Made by a program: the position numbers and the translations under genes. 64,000 nt of DNA, from NCBI GenBank assembly GCA_963707915.1, contig OY970178.1:3456001-3520000 (forward strand). Reading direction: 5' to 3'. This DNA is from Candidatus Eiseniibacteriota bacterium. GTDB taxonomy: Bacteria > Eisenbacteria > RBG-16-71-46. Shown here piece by piece: positions 40,640-51,463 of this stretch. Positions within the stretch are counted from its first letter, which is position 1; each line of letters opens with the position of its first letter. The notes beneath the pieces were generated by a model. The model did not search any database. It was not told the origin of the DNA and saw only the letters and a program-made list of their open reading frames with translations.

Positions 40640-42117
40640 ACAACGAAATCCTGGATGCGTTGAGCCAGATCACGCGCGAGAAGAGCGTGGACCGGGCGAT
40701 GCTCATCGAGACGCTCGAAGTCGGTCTCGCGAGCGCGGTCCGCCGCAAGTACGGCGCGACCGCCGAGGTCGAGGTCAAGTTCTCGAACGAGAGCGGCGCG
40801 ATCACCATCGCGCTGCGCAAGACCGTGGTCGAGAACGTCGAGGACGCCGCGCTCCAGCTCACCGTCGAGGAGGCGCGCGTCTTCCCGCAGGGTCGCAGCG
40901 CGTCGGTCGGGGACGTCCTGACGTTCCCGCTCCGCATCGAGGAATTCGGCCGGAACGCCATCCAGACCGCCAAGCAGGTGCTCATCCAGCGGGTGCGCGA
41001 GGCCGAGCGCGACCGCGTATTCCGGGAGTACTCGGACAAGATCGGCTCGCTGGTGCGCGGCGTGGTCCAGCAGGTCGACCGCGGCAACGTCATCGTCAAG
41101 CTGGACCACTCCGAGGGCTTCCTGCCGGCGCGCGAGCAGATCCCGCGCTCCTACCACCGGCAGGGCGACTACGTCCGCGCCGTGGTCATCAACGTGGACA
41201 AGTCCGCGAAGGGCCCGCAGGTGATCCTGTCGCGCACCCACCCGGACTTCCTGCGCCGGCTCTTCGAAGCCGAGGTCCCGGAGATCGCCGAGAACATCGT
41301 GGAGATCAAGGCGGTGGCCCGCGAGGCCGGGGCGCGCTCGAAGATCTCGGTCTACTCGACCGATCCGCGGGTGGACGCGGTGGGCTCGTGCGTGGGCATG
41401 AAGGGCTCGCGCGTGCAGAGCATCGTGCGCGAGCTGGGCGGCGAGCGCATCGACATCGTGCCCTGGTCGCAGGATCCGACCGTGTTCGTCTCGCGGGCCC
41501 TGTCGCCCGCGCGCGTGATGGACGTGCGCGTGGTCGAGGCCGAGAAGCGCATGGTGGTGATCGTCGCGGACGACCAGTTGTCGCTGGCCATCGGCAAGGG
41601 CGGCCAGAACGCCCGCCTGGCGGCGCGGCTGACCGGCTGGAAGATCGACTTGGTCGCCAAGAGCGAGGAGAAGAAGCGCCAGGATCTGGAGCGCGCGAGC
41701 CGCGTCGAGGTCGAGAGGCTGTCGCTGGGCGAAGCCACGACCCAGAAGCTCATCTCCGCCGGCATCGAGACCGTTCAGGAGCTGGCGGATGGCCCGATCG
41801 AGAAGCTGACCGAGATCCCGGGTATCGGCGAGAAGACCGCGGAGAAGCTGCTCGCGGTCGCCCGGGAGTACCTGGTGGCCCACCCGCCGGTGTCGCCCGA
41901 GGCGGTCCCCAGCGAGCTGGAGTTCACGCCGGAGATGGAGGCCGCCCCCGAGACCGATGCCGCCGAGCCGGGTGCGCTGCACGACGCACAGGATGTTCCG
42001 GCCCCGGCGCCTGCCGAGAGCGGGACGAGCGCGAACGCGCCGGATCCGGGCGCCCCGGGCGATGCCCCGGCGGCCGACCCGGCGACCCCGGACGAGGGAG
42101 GGGACCGTGTCGACTAG
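40636..42117 (+). CDS. nusA: Transcription factor NusA (acidic C-terminal tail)
   Basis: FGRNAIQTAKQ, EVPEI, CVGMKGSRV, LSLAIGKGGQNARLA. Confidence 0.97.
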   Translation: MNNEILDALSQITREKSVDRAMLIETLEVGLASAVRRKYGATAEVEVKFSNESGAITIALRKTVVENVEDAALQLTVEEARVFPQGRSASVGDVLTFPLRIEEFGRNAIQTAKQVLIQRVREAERDRVFREYSDKIGSLVRGVVQQVDRGNVIVKLDHSEGFLPAREQIPRSYHRQGDYVRAVVINVDKSAKGPQVILSRTHPDFLRRLFEAEVPEIAENIVEIKAVAREAGARSKISVYSTDPRVDAVGSCVGMKGSRVQSIVRELGGERIDIVPWSQDPTVFVSRALSPARVMDVRVVEAEKRMVVIVADDQLSLAIGKGGQNARLAARLTGWKIDLVAKSEEKKRQDLERASRVEVERLSLGEATTQKLISAGIETVQELADGPIEKLTEIPGIGEKTAEKLLAVAREYLVAHPPVSPEAVPSELEFTPEMEAAPETDAAEPGALHDAQDVPAPAPAESGTSANAPDPGAPGDAPAADPATPDEGGDRVD

Positions 42118-44629
42118 CCAGGGGCCGAAGAAGCTGCGCGTCTACGAGGTCGCGCGCGAACTCGACATGTCGAGCGAAGCCGTGCTGCAGATCGTGCGGC
42201 GGCTCGGCGTCGAGCTGAAGAACCACATGAGCACGCTGGTGCCCGAGACCGTCGAGAAGGTCCGGGAGGAGATCGGCAAGGAGAAGACCGCCGTCAAGGA
42301 GGAACTGCACCGTCAGCACGAGCAGGAGGTGCAGCGGGCCCGCGACGAGCGCGCCCGCGCCGCCGCGGCCGCCACCGCCGCCGCTGCCGCCCCGCCGGCC
42401 CCGGCCGCTCCGCGCACGAGCGCCCCGGCCTCGCCCGCGCGGCCCGGGACGTACCCGCCGAGCCCGCCGCGTCCCGGCGCCCGGTCCGGCGCCTATCCGC
42501 CGAGCCCGCCGCGCCCGGGGACCTACCCGCCGAGCCCGCCGCGTCCCGGGGCCCGATCCGGCGCCTATCCGCCGAGCCCGCCACGCCCCGGAACGTACCC
42601 GCCGAGCCCGCCGCGTCCCGGCGCCTCCTCGGGCCCGTCCCGCCCGGGTGGCCCTTCGCGCCCCGGCGCCCCGTCCCGTCCGGGCGCGCCCTCGGCGTCG
42701 CGCGGTCCCCAGCCGCAGCACGGGTTCCGCCGCCGGGACCGCAAGAAGAAGAAGACCGTGGACGAGCGGCTCGTGGCGGAGAGCGTCCGCAAGACCCTGG
42801 CGAGTCTCGACCAGGGCCAGCGCCGCCGGCACCACCATCGCGACGAGGAAGGCGGCGAGGCCGCGGCCGAGGCGACCAAGCTCATCCGGGCCGCCGAGTT
42901 CATCACCGTGTCCGAGCTGGCGAACCTCCTCGAGGTGCGCCCCCAGGAGGTCATCACCACCTGCATGGCGCTCGGCCTCATGGCCACGATGAACAAGCGG
43001 CTCGACAAGGATTCCCTCCAGGCGATCGCCGACGAGTTCGGCTTCGCGGTCGAGTTCGTCTCCGAGTACGCGGAGGAGGAGGAGGCCGATACCGAGGAGG
43101 CCGTCGAGGGACGCATGGTCCCGCGGCCGCCCGTGGTGACCGTGATGGGCCACGTCGACCACGGCAAGACCTCGCTGCTCGACTACATCCGCAAGACCAA
43201 CGTCATCGCGGGGGAGGCCGGCGGGATCACCCAGCACATCGGCGCCTACGAGGTGAAGGTGGCGGGGGGCAAGGACGTCACCTTCCTCGACACGCCCGGC
43301 CACGAGGCGTTCACCGCGATGCGCGCGCGCGGCGCGCAGGTCACGGACCTGGTCGTGCTGGTGGTGGCGGCCGACGACCGCGTCATGCCGCAGACCATCG
43401 AGGCCATCGATCACGCCAAGGCCGCCGGCGTTTCGATCATCGTCGCCATCAACAAGATCGACCTGCCCGGGGCGCGCCCCGATCTGGTGAAGCAGGAGCT
43501 GGCCGCGCGCGGGGTGGTGGTCGAGGAGTACGGCGGCAAGGTCGTCGCGGTCGAGGTGTCGGCCAAGAAGGGCATCAACGTCGACAAGCTGCTCGAGATG
43601 ATCGTGCTCGAGTCCGACCTGCTGGACCTCAAGGCCGACCCGACGCGGCGCGCCAAGGGCGCGGTGCTGGAGGCGCGGGTGGAGCAGGGGCGGGGCATCG
43701 TGGCGAGCGTGCTGGTGGACTCGGGCACGCTGCGCATCGGCGACGCGTTCGTGGCCGGCCAGCACTGGGGCCGCGTGCGCGCGATGTTCGACGAGCGCGG
43801 CCGCACGGTGAAGTCGGCGGGGCCCTCGACCCCGGTCGAGGTGCTCGGCTGGAACGGCACCCCGGGCGCCGGCGACATCTTCACGGCCTTCGATGACGAG
43901 CGCGAGGCGCGCGACCTGGCGAACAAGCGCCAGGCCCTGCACCGCGAGCACGAGTTCCGCGCGGCCACCAAGATCCGGCTCACCGACTTCCACGCGCGCA
44001 TGGCGCAGGGCGAGACGTCCGAGCTCAAGCTGATCATCAAGGGCGACGTGGACGGCTCGGTCGAGGCGCTCTCGGAGTCGCTCGCCAAGCTCAGCACCTC
44101 CGAGGTGCAGGTGCGCGTCATCCGGCAGGCGGTCGGGCAGATCTCGGAGTCCGACGTGCTGCTGGCGGCGGCATCCGACGCCATCATCGTGGGCTTCCAC
44201 ACCCGGCCCGACCCCAAGGCGCGCGAGCTGGCCGAGCGCGAGAAGGTCGAGATCCGCTTCTACGACATCATCTACAAGGCCGTCGAAGAGGTGCGGTCGG
44301 CGCTCGAGGGGCTGCTCAAGCCCGAGCTCAAGGACGTCGTCACCGGATCGGCGGAGGTCCGCCAGGTGTTCCGGCTCTCGAAGGCGGGCACGGTCGCCGG
44401 CTGCATGGTCAGCTCGGGCACGATCCCGCGCACGGGCAAGGTGCGGCTGCTGCGCGCCGGGGCCGTGGAGTGGACCGGCCGCATCGCCGCGCTCAAGCGC
44501 TTCAAGGACGACGTCCGCGAGGTCCTGGCCGGTTTCGAGTGCGGCATCACCCTCGAGGGGCGCGACGACATCAAGGTCGGCGACGTCATCGAGGCGTTCA
44601 ACATCGAGGAGCTGGCCCGGACGCTGTAG
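42107..44629 (+). CDS. infB: Translation initiation factor IF-2
   Basis: RVYEVARE N-terminus; [22 protein letters not shown]-domain. Confidence 0.97.
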   Translation: MSTSQGPKKLRVYEVARELDMSSEAVLQIVRRLGVELKNHMSTLVPETVEKVREEIGKEKTAVKEELHRQHEQEVQRARDERARAAAAATAAAAAPPAPAAPRTSAPASPARPGTYPPSPPRPGARSGAYPPSPPRPGTYPPSPPRPGARSGAYPPSPPRPGTYPPSPPRPGASSGPSRPGGPSRPGAPSRPGAPSASRGPQPQHGFRRRDRKKKKTVDERLVAESVRKTLASLDQGQRRRHHHRDEEGGEAAAEATKLIRAAEFITVSELANLLEVRPQEVITTCMALGLMATMNKRLDKDSLQAIADEFGFAVEFVSEYAEEEEADTEEAVEGRMVPRPPVVTVMGHVDHGKTSLLDYIRKTNVIAGEAGGITQHIGAYEVKVAGGKDVTFLDTPGHEAFTAMRARGAQVTDLVVLVVAADDRVMPQTIEAIDHAKAAGVSIIVAINKIDLPGARPDLVKQELAARGVVVEEYGGKVVAVEVSAKKGINVDKLLEMIVLESDLLDLKADPTRRAKGAVLEARVEQGRGIVASVLVDSGTLRIGDAFVAGQHWGRVRAMFDERGRTVKSAGPSTPVEVLGWNGTPGAGDIFTAFDDEREARDLANKRQALHREHEFRAATKIRLTDFHARMAQGETSELKLIIKGDVDGSVEALSESLAKLSTSEVQVRVIRQAVGQISESDVLLAAASDAIIVGFHTRPDPKARELAEREKVEIRFYDIIYKAVEEVRSALEGLLKPELKDVVTGSAEVRQVFRLSKAGTVAGCMVSSGTIPRTGKVRLLRAGAVEWTGRIAALKRFKDDVREVLAGFECGITLEGRDDIKVGDVIEAFNIEELARTL
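42440..42622 (+). repeat. Five YPPSPPRPG units (72-bp higher-order repeat) in the IF-2 N-domain
   Basis: Seen directly in both DNA and protein. Confidence 0.9.
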
Positions 44630-44677
44630 CCCGGCCGGCCGGGCCGGTCCAGGCCGCGCTTCCCCGGGTGGCTCGCC

Positions 44678-44959
44678 ATGTTCGTCGGTGTCGTGCGCAT
44701 CGAGCTGCACCTGCCCGGCGCCTCGTCGCTCAAGGACAAGCGCGCGGTGCTGCGCAGCCTGAAGGACCGCATCCGTCAGCGCGTGCGGGCCGCGGTGGCC
44801 GAGGTGGACCACCAGGATCTCTGGCAGCGGGCCGCGCTCGGCGTGGCGGTGGTCTCCGGGGAACGGCGCCAGGTCGGCGAGTTGCTGCAGTCGGTGCGCC
44901 AGCTCGCCGACGGCACGCCCGGCGCCGAGGTCATCGACTGGCAGGAGACGCTGCTGTGA
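44678..44959 (+). CDS. DUF503 (YlxP-like) protein
   Basis: SLKDKRAV, AEVDHQDLWQRA.LG; conserved position between infB and rbfA. Confidence 0.9.
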   Translation: MFVGVVRIELHLPGASSLKDKRAVLRSLKDRIRQRVRAAVAEVDHQDLWQRAALGVAVVSGERRQVGELLQSVRQLADGTPGAEVIDWQETLL

Positions 44960-45333
44960 GGATCCGTCCGGAACGCGTGGCCGAGCTGATGAAGCGGGAG
45001 ATCGCGGGCATCCTCGCCCGCGACCTGCGCGACCCGCGCGTGACCACCATGGTGAGCGTCACCGAGGTCGAGGTGAGCCACGACCTGTCCTTTGCGCGTG
45101 TCTTCGTGAGCGTGCTTGCGGACGGCGAGGAGCGCGAGCGCACGCTCGCGGCGCTCCAGCGCGCGGCGGGCTTCGTCCGCCACCAGCTCGCCCCGCGTCT
45201 CGGCCTGCGCGAGGTCCCCGGCCTGCGCTTCGTGCACGACGCCTCCATCGAGCGCGGCGCGCGCGTCGAGGAGATCCTCAAGAAGATCGAGCGGGGTGAG
45301 ACGGCCGGGGACGAGGGGGAAGGAGAGGCGTGA
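44956..45333 (+). CDS. rbfA: Ribosome-binding factor A
   Basis: RPERVAE, DPRV, V..DLSFARVFVS, P.LRF..D.SIE. Confidence 0.95.
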   Translation: MRIRPERVAELMKREIAGILARDLRDPRVTTMVSVTEVEVSHDLSFARVFVSVLADGEERERTLAALQRAAGFVRHQLAPRLGLREVPGLRFVHDASIERGARVEEILKKIERGETAGDEGEGEA

Positions 45334-46316
45334 CCGCGCCGCCCGCCGGGAGCGGCCCCGCCGAGCCCGGGGAGCCCCGGGAGGCCTGGTCGGGCCTGCT
45401 GCGGGTGGACAAGCCCGCGGGCGTGACCTCGCACGACGTGGTGGCCGTCGTGCGGCGACGCCTGCGGGTCAGGAGCGCGGGGCACCTCGGCACCCTCGAC
45501 CCGGGTGCCAGCGGGCTGCTGGTGCTGGTCCTGGGCGCGGCCACGCGCTGTGCGCAGGTCTGGCAGCGGGGGCTCAAGACCTACGAGGCGACCGTGCGCT
45601 TCGGCGTCGTCACCCGCACGCAGGACCTGCAGGGCGAGGTGCTGGAGCGGCGCGAGGTGGCGCTCGACGAGCGCCAGGTGCGCGAGGCGGCGGCCGCGTT
45701 CACCGGCGAGATCGAACAGGTGCCTCCCATGGTCTCGGCCCTCAAGGTGGGCGGCCAGCGCCTGCACCGGCTGGAGCGGCGCGGCGAGGTCGTGGAGCGC
45801 GCGCCGCGCCGCGTCACCGTCCACTCGTGGGAGTGGACCGGGTTCGCGCTGCCCGAGGCGAGCTTCCGGGTGGTCGTCTCCGGGGGCACCTACGTCCGCA
45901 CGCTCGCGCACGACCTCGGTGCGCGGCTCGGGACCGGGGGGGCGCTGAAGAGCCTGCGACGGCTGCGCAGCGAGCCCTTCGGCCTCGAGGGCGCCCTCGG
46001 GCTGCGCGATCTCGACACCGCCACGCCCGAGGAGGCGTTCGGACGCGCGGGGGTGCCGCTGGCCGAGGCGCTGCGCGTGCTGCCGCTGGTGGCGCTCGAT
46101 GCTGCCGGGGCCGCGGAGCTGGGCTTCGGCCGCAGCCCGACGGTGGAGCCGGGGACGGCGCCGCTGCGCGCCGGACCGCGCTCCGTGGTCTTCTGCGGCC
46201 CCGCCGGCGAGCCGCTCGCCCTGGGGGAGCTCGAGCCCGATCCGGCGCGGCCCGGCGCGGCGCTCGCCCGTCCCCACGTGGTCTTCCCGTGGGCCGTGCG
46301 GCAGGGGCGGTCGTGA
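45330..46316 (+). CDS. truB: tRNA pseudouridine(55) synthase
   Basis: [34 protein letters not shown]. Confidence 0.95.
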   Translation: MTAPPAGSGPAEPGEPREAWSGLLRVDKPAGVTSHDVVAVVRRRLRVRSAGHLGTLDPGASGLLVLVLGAATRCAQVWQRGLKTYEATVRFGVVTRTQDLQGEVLERREVALDERQVREAAAAFTGEIEQVPPMVSALKVGGQRLHRLERRGEVVERAPRRVTVHSWEWTGFALPEASFRVVVSGGTYVRTLAHDLGARLGTGGALKSLRRLRSEPFGLEGALGLRDLDTATPEEAFGRAGVPLAEALRVLPLVALDAAGAAELGFGRSPTVEPGTAPLRAGPRSVVFCGPAGEPLALGELEPDPARPGAALARPHVVFPWAVRQGRS

Positions 46317-47221
46317 GCGCGCCGCAGGGCGCCGCGGTGAGCGTCGGCGTCTTCGACGGCGTGCACCTCGGGCACCGCGGGATCCTCGAGGTCGCGCTCG
46401 CGCGCGCGCGCGGGGGCCGGTGCGCCGTGGTGTCGTTCGACCCGCACCCCGACCTGGTCCTGGCGCGCTCCTTCCGCGCCCCGGCACCGCTCACCCCGCT
46501 GCCCGAGCGCCGCGAGCGCATCGCCGCGCTCGGCATCCACGAGCTGGACGTGATCCCCTTCACGCGCGAGCTGGCGGCGCTCGAGCCCGAGGAGTTCGTC
46601 GCCCGCCACCTGGTGGGGCCGTACCACCTGCACACGCTGGTGGTGGGCGAGGGGTTCGCGCTCGGCCGCGGACGCCGGGGCGACGTGCCGCGCCTGCGCG
46701 GGATCGGCGCGCGCGAGGGCTTCGAGGTCGTCGCGGTGCCGCTGCTCGAGCGGGACGGCGCCCCGGTGAGCAGCACGCGCATCCGCGCCCTGCTCGAGGC
46801 GGGCCGGGTGGCCGAGGCCGCGCGCCTGCTCGGCCGCCGCTACGAACTGCGCGGACGCGTGGTGCGCGGCGAGGCGATCGGGCGCGAGCTCGGCTACCCG
46901 ACCGCGAACCTGCGGCTGCACGAGGAGAAGTTCGTGCCGGGCGACGGGGTCTACGCGGCCCGGGCGCGCATCGGGGCCGCGACCGCGTGGCGCGCGGCCG
47001 CGATGAGCATCGGCGTGCGCCCCACCTTCGACGGCCAGGCTCGCGCCCTCGAGGCCTACCTGCTCGACTGGGACGGCGACCTGGTGGATCGCGACCTCGA
47101 GGTCGAGCTGGTGGACTGGGTCCGGCCGCAGGAACGCTTCGCGAGCCGGGAGGCGCTGGTCGCGGCGATGGGCCGCGATGTGGCCGAGGTGCGAAGGCGG
47201 CTCGATGCCGCTTCCGGGTGA
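46313..47221 (+). CDS. ribF: Bifunctional riboflavin kinase/FAD synthetase
   Basis: [31 protein letters not shown]. Confidence 0.95.
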   Translation: MSAPQGAAVSVGVFDGVHLGHRGILEVALARARGGRCAVVSFDPHPDLVLARSFRAPAPLTPLPERRERIAALGIHELDVIPFTRELAALEPEEFVARHLVGPYHLHTLVVGEGFALGRGRRGDVPRLRGIGAREGFEVVAVPLLERDGAPVSSTRIRALLEAGRVAEAARLLGRRYELRGRVVRGEAIGRELGYPTANLRLHEEKFVPGDGVYAARARIGAATAWRAAAMSIGVRPTFDGQARALEAYLLDWDGDLVDRDLEVELVDWVRPQERFASREALVAAMGRDVAEVRRRLDAASG

Positions 47222-47337
47222 GCGTCGCCGGGACAGCTCAAGGCCGAGCGCATGGTGCCTCTGCTCGGTCGAGGCCGCTCCAGCTCCTCCGACGACAAGG
47301 CAGCATTCTGCCCACTTTTGGGCTCCCGGCCCGGTCT

Positions 47338-47366
47338 TTGCCAAGGGGCCGTCCGGGTGGTAGGTT
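47338..47366 (+). promoter_or_regulatory. Sigma70 promoter for rpsO-pnp
   Basis: TTGCCA-N17-TAGGTT with extended TG. Confidence 0.6.
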
Positions 47367-47475
47367 CTCCCGTCCGCCCCCGGTCGTGGGGCGGCTCTCC
47401 AACGCTCGGCCATGCGGGAGCTTGAACCCGATGGGCTGGGCCATTCACTTCCTTCGCAGGCAGGAGGAGATCGCC

Positions 47476-47745
47476 GTGACGCTCTCCAAGGATCAGAAGC
47501 AGGGGATCATCGGCAAGTTCAAGCTTCATGAAGGAGACTCGGGTTCGCCCGAGGTGCAGATCGCGCTGCTCACCGAGAAGATCCACTACCTCACCGAGCA
47601 CTTCAAGATCCACAAGCGCGATCATGCCTCCCGCCGCGGATTGCTCCGCATGGTGGGCCAGCGGCGCCGGCTGCTGGATTACCTCAAGGCCACCAAGGTG
47701 GACCGTTACCGCAAGGTCGTGAAGGATCTGGGCCTGCGCCGTTAG
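47476..47745 (+). CDS. rpsO: 30S ribosomal protein S15
   Basis: [25 protein letters not shown] start after AGGAGGAG. Confidence 0.97.
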   Translation: MTLSKDQKQGIIGKFKLHEGDSGSPEVQIALLTEKIHYLTEHFKIHKRDHASRRGLLRMVGQRRRLLDYLKATKVDRYRKVVKDLGLRR

Positions 47746-47901
47746 CCGGACCCGGAGCGGGGAGCGCCCGATCGACGCGGTGCTTCCCTGTGCGGGGGAA
47801 CCGTTCCCCCTGCCGCGCCCCCGTTGGACCGCTTCCCCGGGGAGCGCTCGTCGGACCCTGGCGGGTGCCCGGGTCGCAAGGCGAGAGGACAGGACTGGTT
47901 G

Positions 47902-50082
47902 ATGGAAGAGCACAAGGTAGAGGTGCAGCTGGGAGAGCGGACGCTCTCGATTCGCACCGGCAAGTGGGCCAAGCTGGCGGGCGGATCCGCCGTGGTCCAG
48001 CTGGGTGACACGGTCGTGCTGGTGGCGGCGAGCGCCGCCAAGTCGGCGAGCCCCGATCGCGATTTCGTCCCCCTCACGGTGGACTATCGCGAACGCACGT
48101 ACGCGGCGGGCCGGATCCCGGGCGGGTTCTTCAAGCGTGAAGGACGCCCCACCGAGAAGGAAGTGCTGTCGTCGCGGTTGATCGACCGGCCGGTGCGGCC
48201 GCTGTTCCACAAGGCGTTCCCCTACGAGACGCAGATCATGGCCACGGTGGTGTCCTCCGACCAGGAGAACGACGCCGACGTGCTGGCCCTGGTCGGGGCG
48301 TCCACCTCGATGTGCCTCTCCGACATCCCGTTCCCCGAGCCCTTCGCCGGCGTGCGGGTCGGTCGCGTCGACGGCGCGTTCGTCGTGAATCCCACCTCGG
48401 TCCAGCTCGAGGAGAGCGACATGGACATGGTGGTGGCGGGCACGGCGGACAACATCATCATGGCGGAAGGCGGCACGCGCGAGGTGTCCGAGGCGGACCT
48501 GCTCGCGGCGCTCCAGTTCGCGATGGAGTACATCCGCCCGATCGTCGCCGCGCAGCGCGAGCTCGTGGCCCGCTGCGGCAAGACCAAGCGGCCGCTGGTG
48601 ACCCCGCCCGACACCGCGGAGCTCCGCTCGGCGCTCGAGCAGGGCTACCGCGAGCGCCTGCGCCAGGCGATCCGCATCCCTGGCAAGGAGGCGCGCCAGG
48701 AGGAGGTGGACCGCATCAAGACCGACGCGGTCGCGGCGCTCAAGGAGCGCTTCGCCGCGCAGGAGCTCTACATCGGCCGGATCCTGCACGACATCGAGCG
48801 TGACGAGCTGCGCGAGATGGTGCTCGGCGAGGGCGTGCGCGCCGACGGCCGCGGCGTGAACGACATCCGCAAGGTGACGGTCGAGGTGGGCGTGCTGCCG
48901 CGCACCCACGGCTCGTGCCTCTTCACCCGCGGCGAGACCCAGGCGCTGGCGGTGTGCACGCTCGGCACCAAGCAGGACGAGCAGCGCATCGAGGAGCTGG
49001 AAGGGCAGTCGTGGAAGAGCTACATGCTCCACTACAACTTCCCGCCCTTCAGCGTGGGCGAGGTTCGTCCCATCCGCGGCCCGGGCCGGCGTGAGATCGG
49101 GCACGGGGCGCTGGCCGAGCGGGCCATCGAGCCGATGATCCCGGCGGACACGTCCTTCCCCTACACCATCCGGCTGGTGAGCGACATCCTCGAATCGAAC
49201 GGCTCGTCGTCGATGGCGACCGTGTGCGGCAGCTCGATGGCCCTCATGGACGCGGGCGTGCCGATCAAGTCGCCGGTGGCCGGGATCGCCATGGGGCTCG
49301 TCAAGGAGGGGGACCGCGTCGCGGTGCTGACCGACATCCTGGGCGTCGAGGACCATCTCGGCGACATGGACTTCAAGGTCACCGGCACGCGCGCCGGCGT
49401 GACCGCCTTCCAGATGGACACCAAGATCGGCGGGATCTCCTTCGACGTCATGCGGGACGCGATGGACTGCGCCCGCCGCGGACGCGTCCACATCCTCGAC
49501 ATCATGGCGACCGCGTTGCCGACGGCGCGCGCCGAGATGTCGCCGTTCGCGCCGCGCATCACCATCATCAACATCCCGCCCGACAAGATCCGCGAGGTCA
49601 TCGGGCCGGGCGGCAAGATCATCAAGAAGATCACCGAGGAGACCGGGGCCCAGATCGACATCGAGGACAGCGGCGAGGTGCGGATCGCGGCGATCAGCCG
49701 CGAGTCCGGTCGCCGGGCCGAGGAGTTCATCCGGAACATCATCGAGGACCCCGAGGTCGGGCGGGTCTACCAGGGCAAGGTGCGCAGCATCGTCACCTTC
49801 GGCGCGTTCGTCGAGATCGTGCCGGGGCGCGACGGGTTGCTGCACATCTCGGAGATCGACTACCACCGCGTGGCACGCACCGAGGACGTCCTCAACCTGG
49901 GCGACATCGTGATGGTGAAGGTCATCGGCGTGGACCGCGACGGCAAGATCAAGCTCTCGCGCAAGGCGCTGCTGCCGGAGCCTCCGGGCTACGTCGCTCC
50001 GCCGCCGCGCGAGGAGCGCGACCGGGACCGCGGGGGCGATCGGGGCCGTGACCGCGACCGGGGCCGCGGGCCGCGTCGCTAG
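47902..50082 (+). CDS. pnp: Polyribonucleotide nucleotidyltransferase
   Basis: GRIPGGFFKREGRP, FTRGETQ, ESNGSSSMA, GDMDFKV; KH and S1 domains. Confidence 0.97.
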   Translation: MEEHKVEVQLGERTLSIRTGKWAKLAGGSAVVQLGDTVVLVAASAAKSASPDRDFVPLTVDYRERTYAAGRIPGGFFKREGRPTEKEVLSSRLIDRPVRPLFHKAFPYETQIMATVVSSDQENDADVLALVGASTSMCLSDIPFPEPFAGVRVGRVDGAFVVNPTSVQLEESDMDMVVAGTADNIIMAEGGTREVSEADLLAALQFAMEYIRPIVAAQRELVARCGKTKRPLVTPPDTAELRSALEQGYRERLRQAIRIPGKEARQEEVDRIKTDAVAALKERFAAQELYIGRILHDIERDELREMVLGEGVRADGRGVNDIRKVTVEVGVLPRTHGSCLFTRGETQALAVCTLGTKQDEQRIEELEGQSWKSYMLHYNFPPFSVGEVRPIRGPGRREIGHGALAERAIEPMIPADTSFPYTIRLVSDILESNGSSSMATVCGSSMALMDAGVPIKSPVAGIAMGLVKEGDRVAVLTDILGVEDHLGDMDFKVTGTRAGVTAFQMDTKIGGISFDVMRDAMDCARRGRVHILDIMATALPTARAEMSPFAPRITIINIPPDKIREVIGPGGKIIKKITEETGAQIDIEDSGEVRIAAISRESGRRAEEFIRNIIEDPEVGRVYQGKVRSIVTFGAFVEIVPGRDGLLHISEIDYHRVARTEDVLNLGDIVMVKVIGVDRDGKIKLSRKALLPEPPGYVAPPPREERDRDRGGDRGRDRDRGRGPRR

Positions 50083-50176
50083 CTGCAGACAGTCGAAGGC
50101 CGGGCCGGGTGGCAGGGCGACCTGCCACTCGGCGTTTGGCTCGGGAGCGCAGTCCCCGGGGATCGGGCCACCAGTG

Positions 50177-51463
50177 ATGGACGCTGACCTCTACCGCAAG
50201 ACCGTCCTGCCCTCGGGGATCACGGTGCTCACCGAGCGCATCCCCGAGCGGCGCTCGCTGGCGCTGGGCGTGTGGGTGCGCAACGGGGCGCGCGACGAGC
50301 CGGGCGAATGGCTCGGGATCTCGCACTTCATCGAGCACATGATGTTCAAAGGCACCGAGCGCCGCGACGCCCGGGCCATCGCCGCCAGCCTCGAGTCGCT
50401 GGGCGGGCACCTCGACGCCTACACCGGCCGCGAGGAGGTGTGCTACTACGCCCGCGCCCTGGCCGAGCACCTGCCCGACGTCGCGGACGTGCTGGCGGAC
50501 ATCGTCTGCCGCTCGAGCTTCGCCGGCCCCGAGGTCGACCGCGAGAAGTCGGTGGTGCGCGAGGAGATCGCCTCGGTCGAGGACAACCCCGAGGACAAGG
50601 TCACCGAGATCCTGTCCGAGCAGCTCTGGCCCGGGCATCCGCTCGGGCGGCCCATCCTGGGCACGGACGACACGGTCGGCCGGCTCGACAGCGCCTGCCT
50701 GAAGGACTACTTCCGCAGCCGCTACCGCGCCGCGGACCTGGTGATCGCGGCGACGGGCGCGGTCGAGCACGAGCGCGTAGCCGAGGTCGTCGCCGGGCAT
50801 TTCGCTCCGCCCTCCGGGCCGGCCCTGCCGCTCTCGGGCCCGCCCGCCGGGTTCGTGCCGGGCGTGCGCCACGAGACGCGCGAGGACCTGCACCAGCTCT
50901 ATCTCGCGCTCGGCACGCGCGGGCTGGGCTACGACGATCCCGACCGGCACGCGCTGATCGTGCTCAACACGCTGCTGGGCGGCGGGATGAGCTCGCGGCT
51001 CTTCCAGAGCGTGCGCGAGGACGCCGGGCTGGCCTACTCGGTGTTCTCCTCGGCGGACTTCCACCGCGAGGCCGGGCTGATCACCATCCAGCTGGGCGTC
51101 GCGCCGGACCGCGGCCGCGAGGCGCTCGCGCGCGTGCGCCGGGAACTCGAGACGCTGGTGCACGACGGCCCGTCGGAGGAGGAGGTCGCCGCGGCGCGCT
51201 TCCAGATCCGGGGCAGCGTGGTCATGGGGCAGGAGAGCGTCTCGAGCCGGATGGTCCACCTGGCGCACGAGGAGATCTACCGCGGCACGTACTCCTCGCC
51301 CGACGAGCAGCTCGAGCGCGTGCTCGCCGTGACCCGCGACCAGGTCGTGGAGATGGCGCGGCGCGTGCTGCCGCCCGGCCGCTTCGCGTTGAGCGCGATC
51401 GGCCCGGCGACCGGCGAACCGATCGACGAGCGGGACTGGCCGGTGGAGACGGGCCCGGCCTAG
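50177..51463 (+). CDS. M16 family zinc peptidase (pitrilysin-like)
   Basis: HFIEHMMFKGT (HxxEH), LGGGMSSRLFQ.VRE..GLAY; usual position after pnp. Confidence 0.93.
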   Translation: MDADLYRKTVLPSGITVLTERIPERRSLALGVWVRNGARDEPGEWLGISHFIEHMMFKGTERRDARAIAASLESLGGHLDAYTGREEVCYYARALAEHLPDVADVLADIVCRSSFAGPEVDREKSVVREEIASVEDNPEDKVTEILSEQLWPGHPLGRPILGTDDTVGRLDSACLKDYFRSRYRAADLVIAATGAVEHERVAEVVAGHFAPPSGPALPLSGPPAGFVPGVRHETREDLHQLYLALGTRGLGYDDPDRHALIVLNTLLGGGMSSRLFQSVREDAGLAYSVFSSADFHREAGLITIQLGVAPDRGREALARVRRELETLVHDGPSEEEVAAARFQIRGSVVMGQESVSSRMVHLAHEEIYRGTYSSPDEQLERVLAVTRDQVVEMARRVLPPGRFALSAIGPATGEPIDERDWPVETGPA

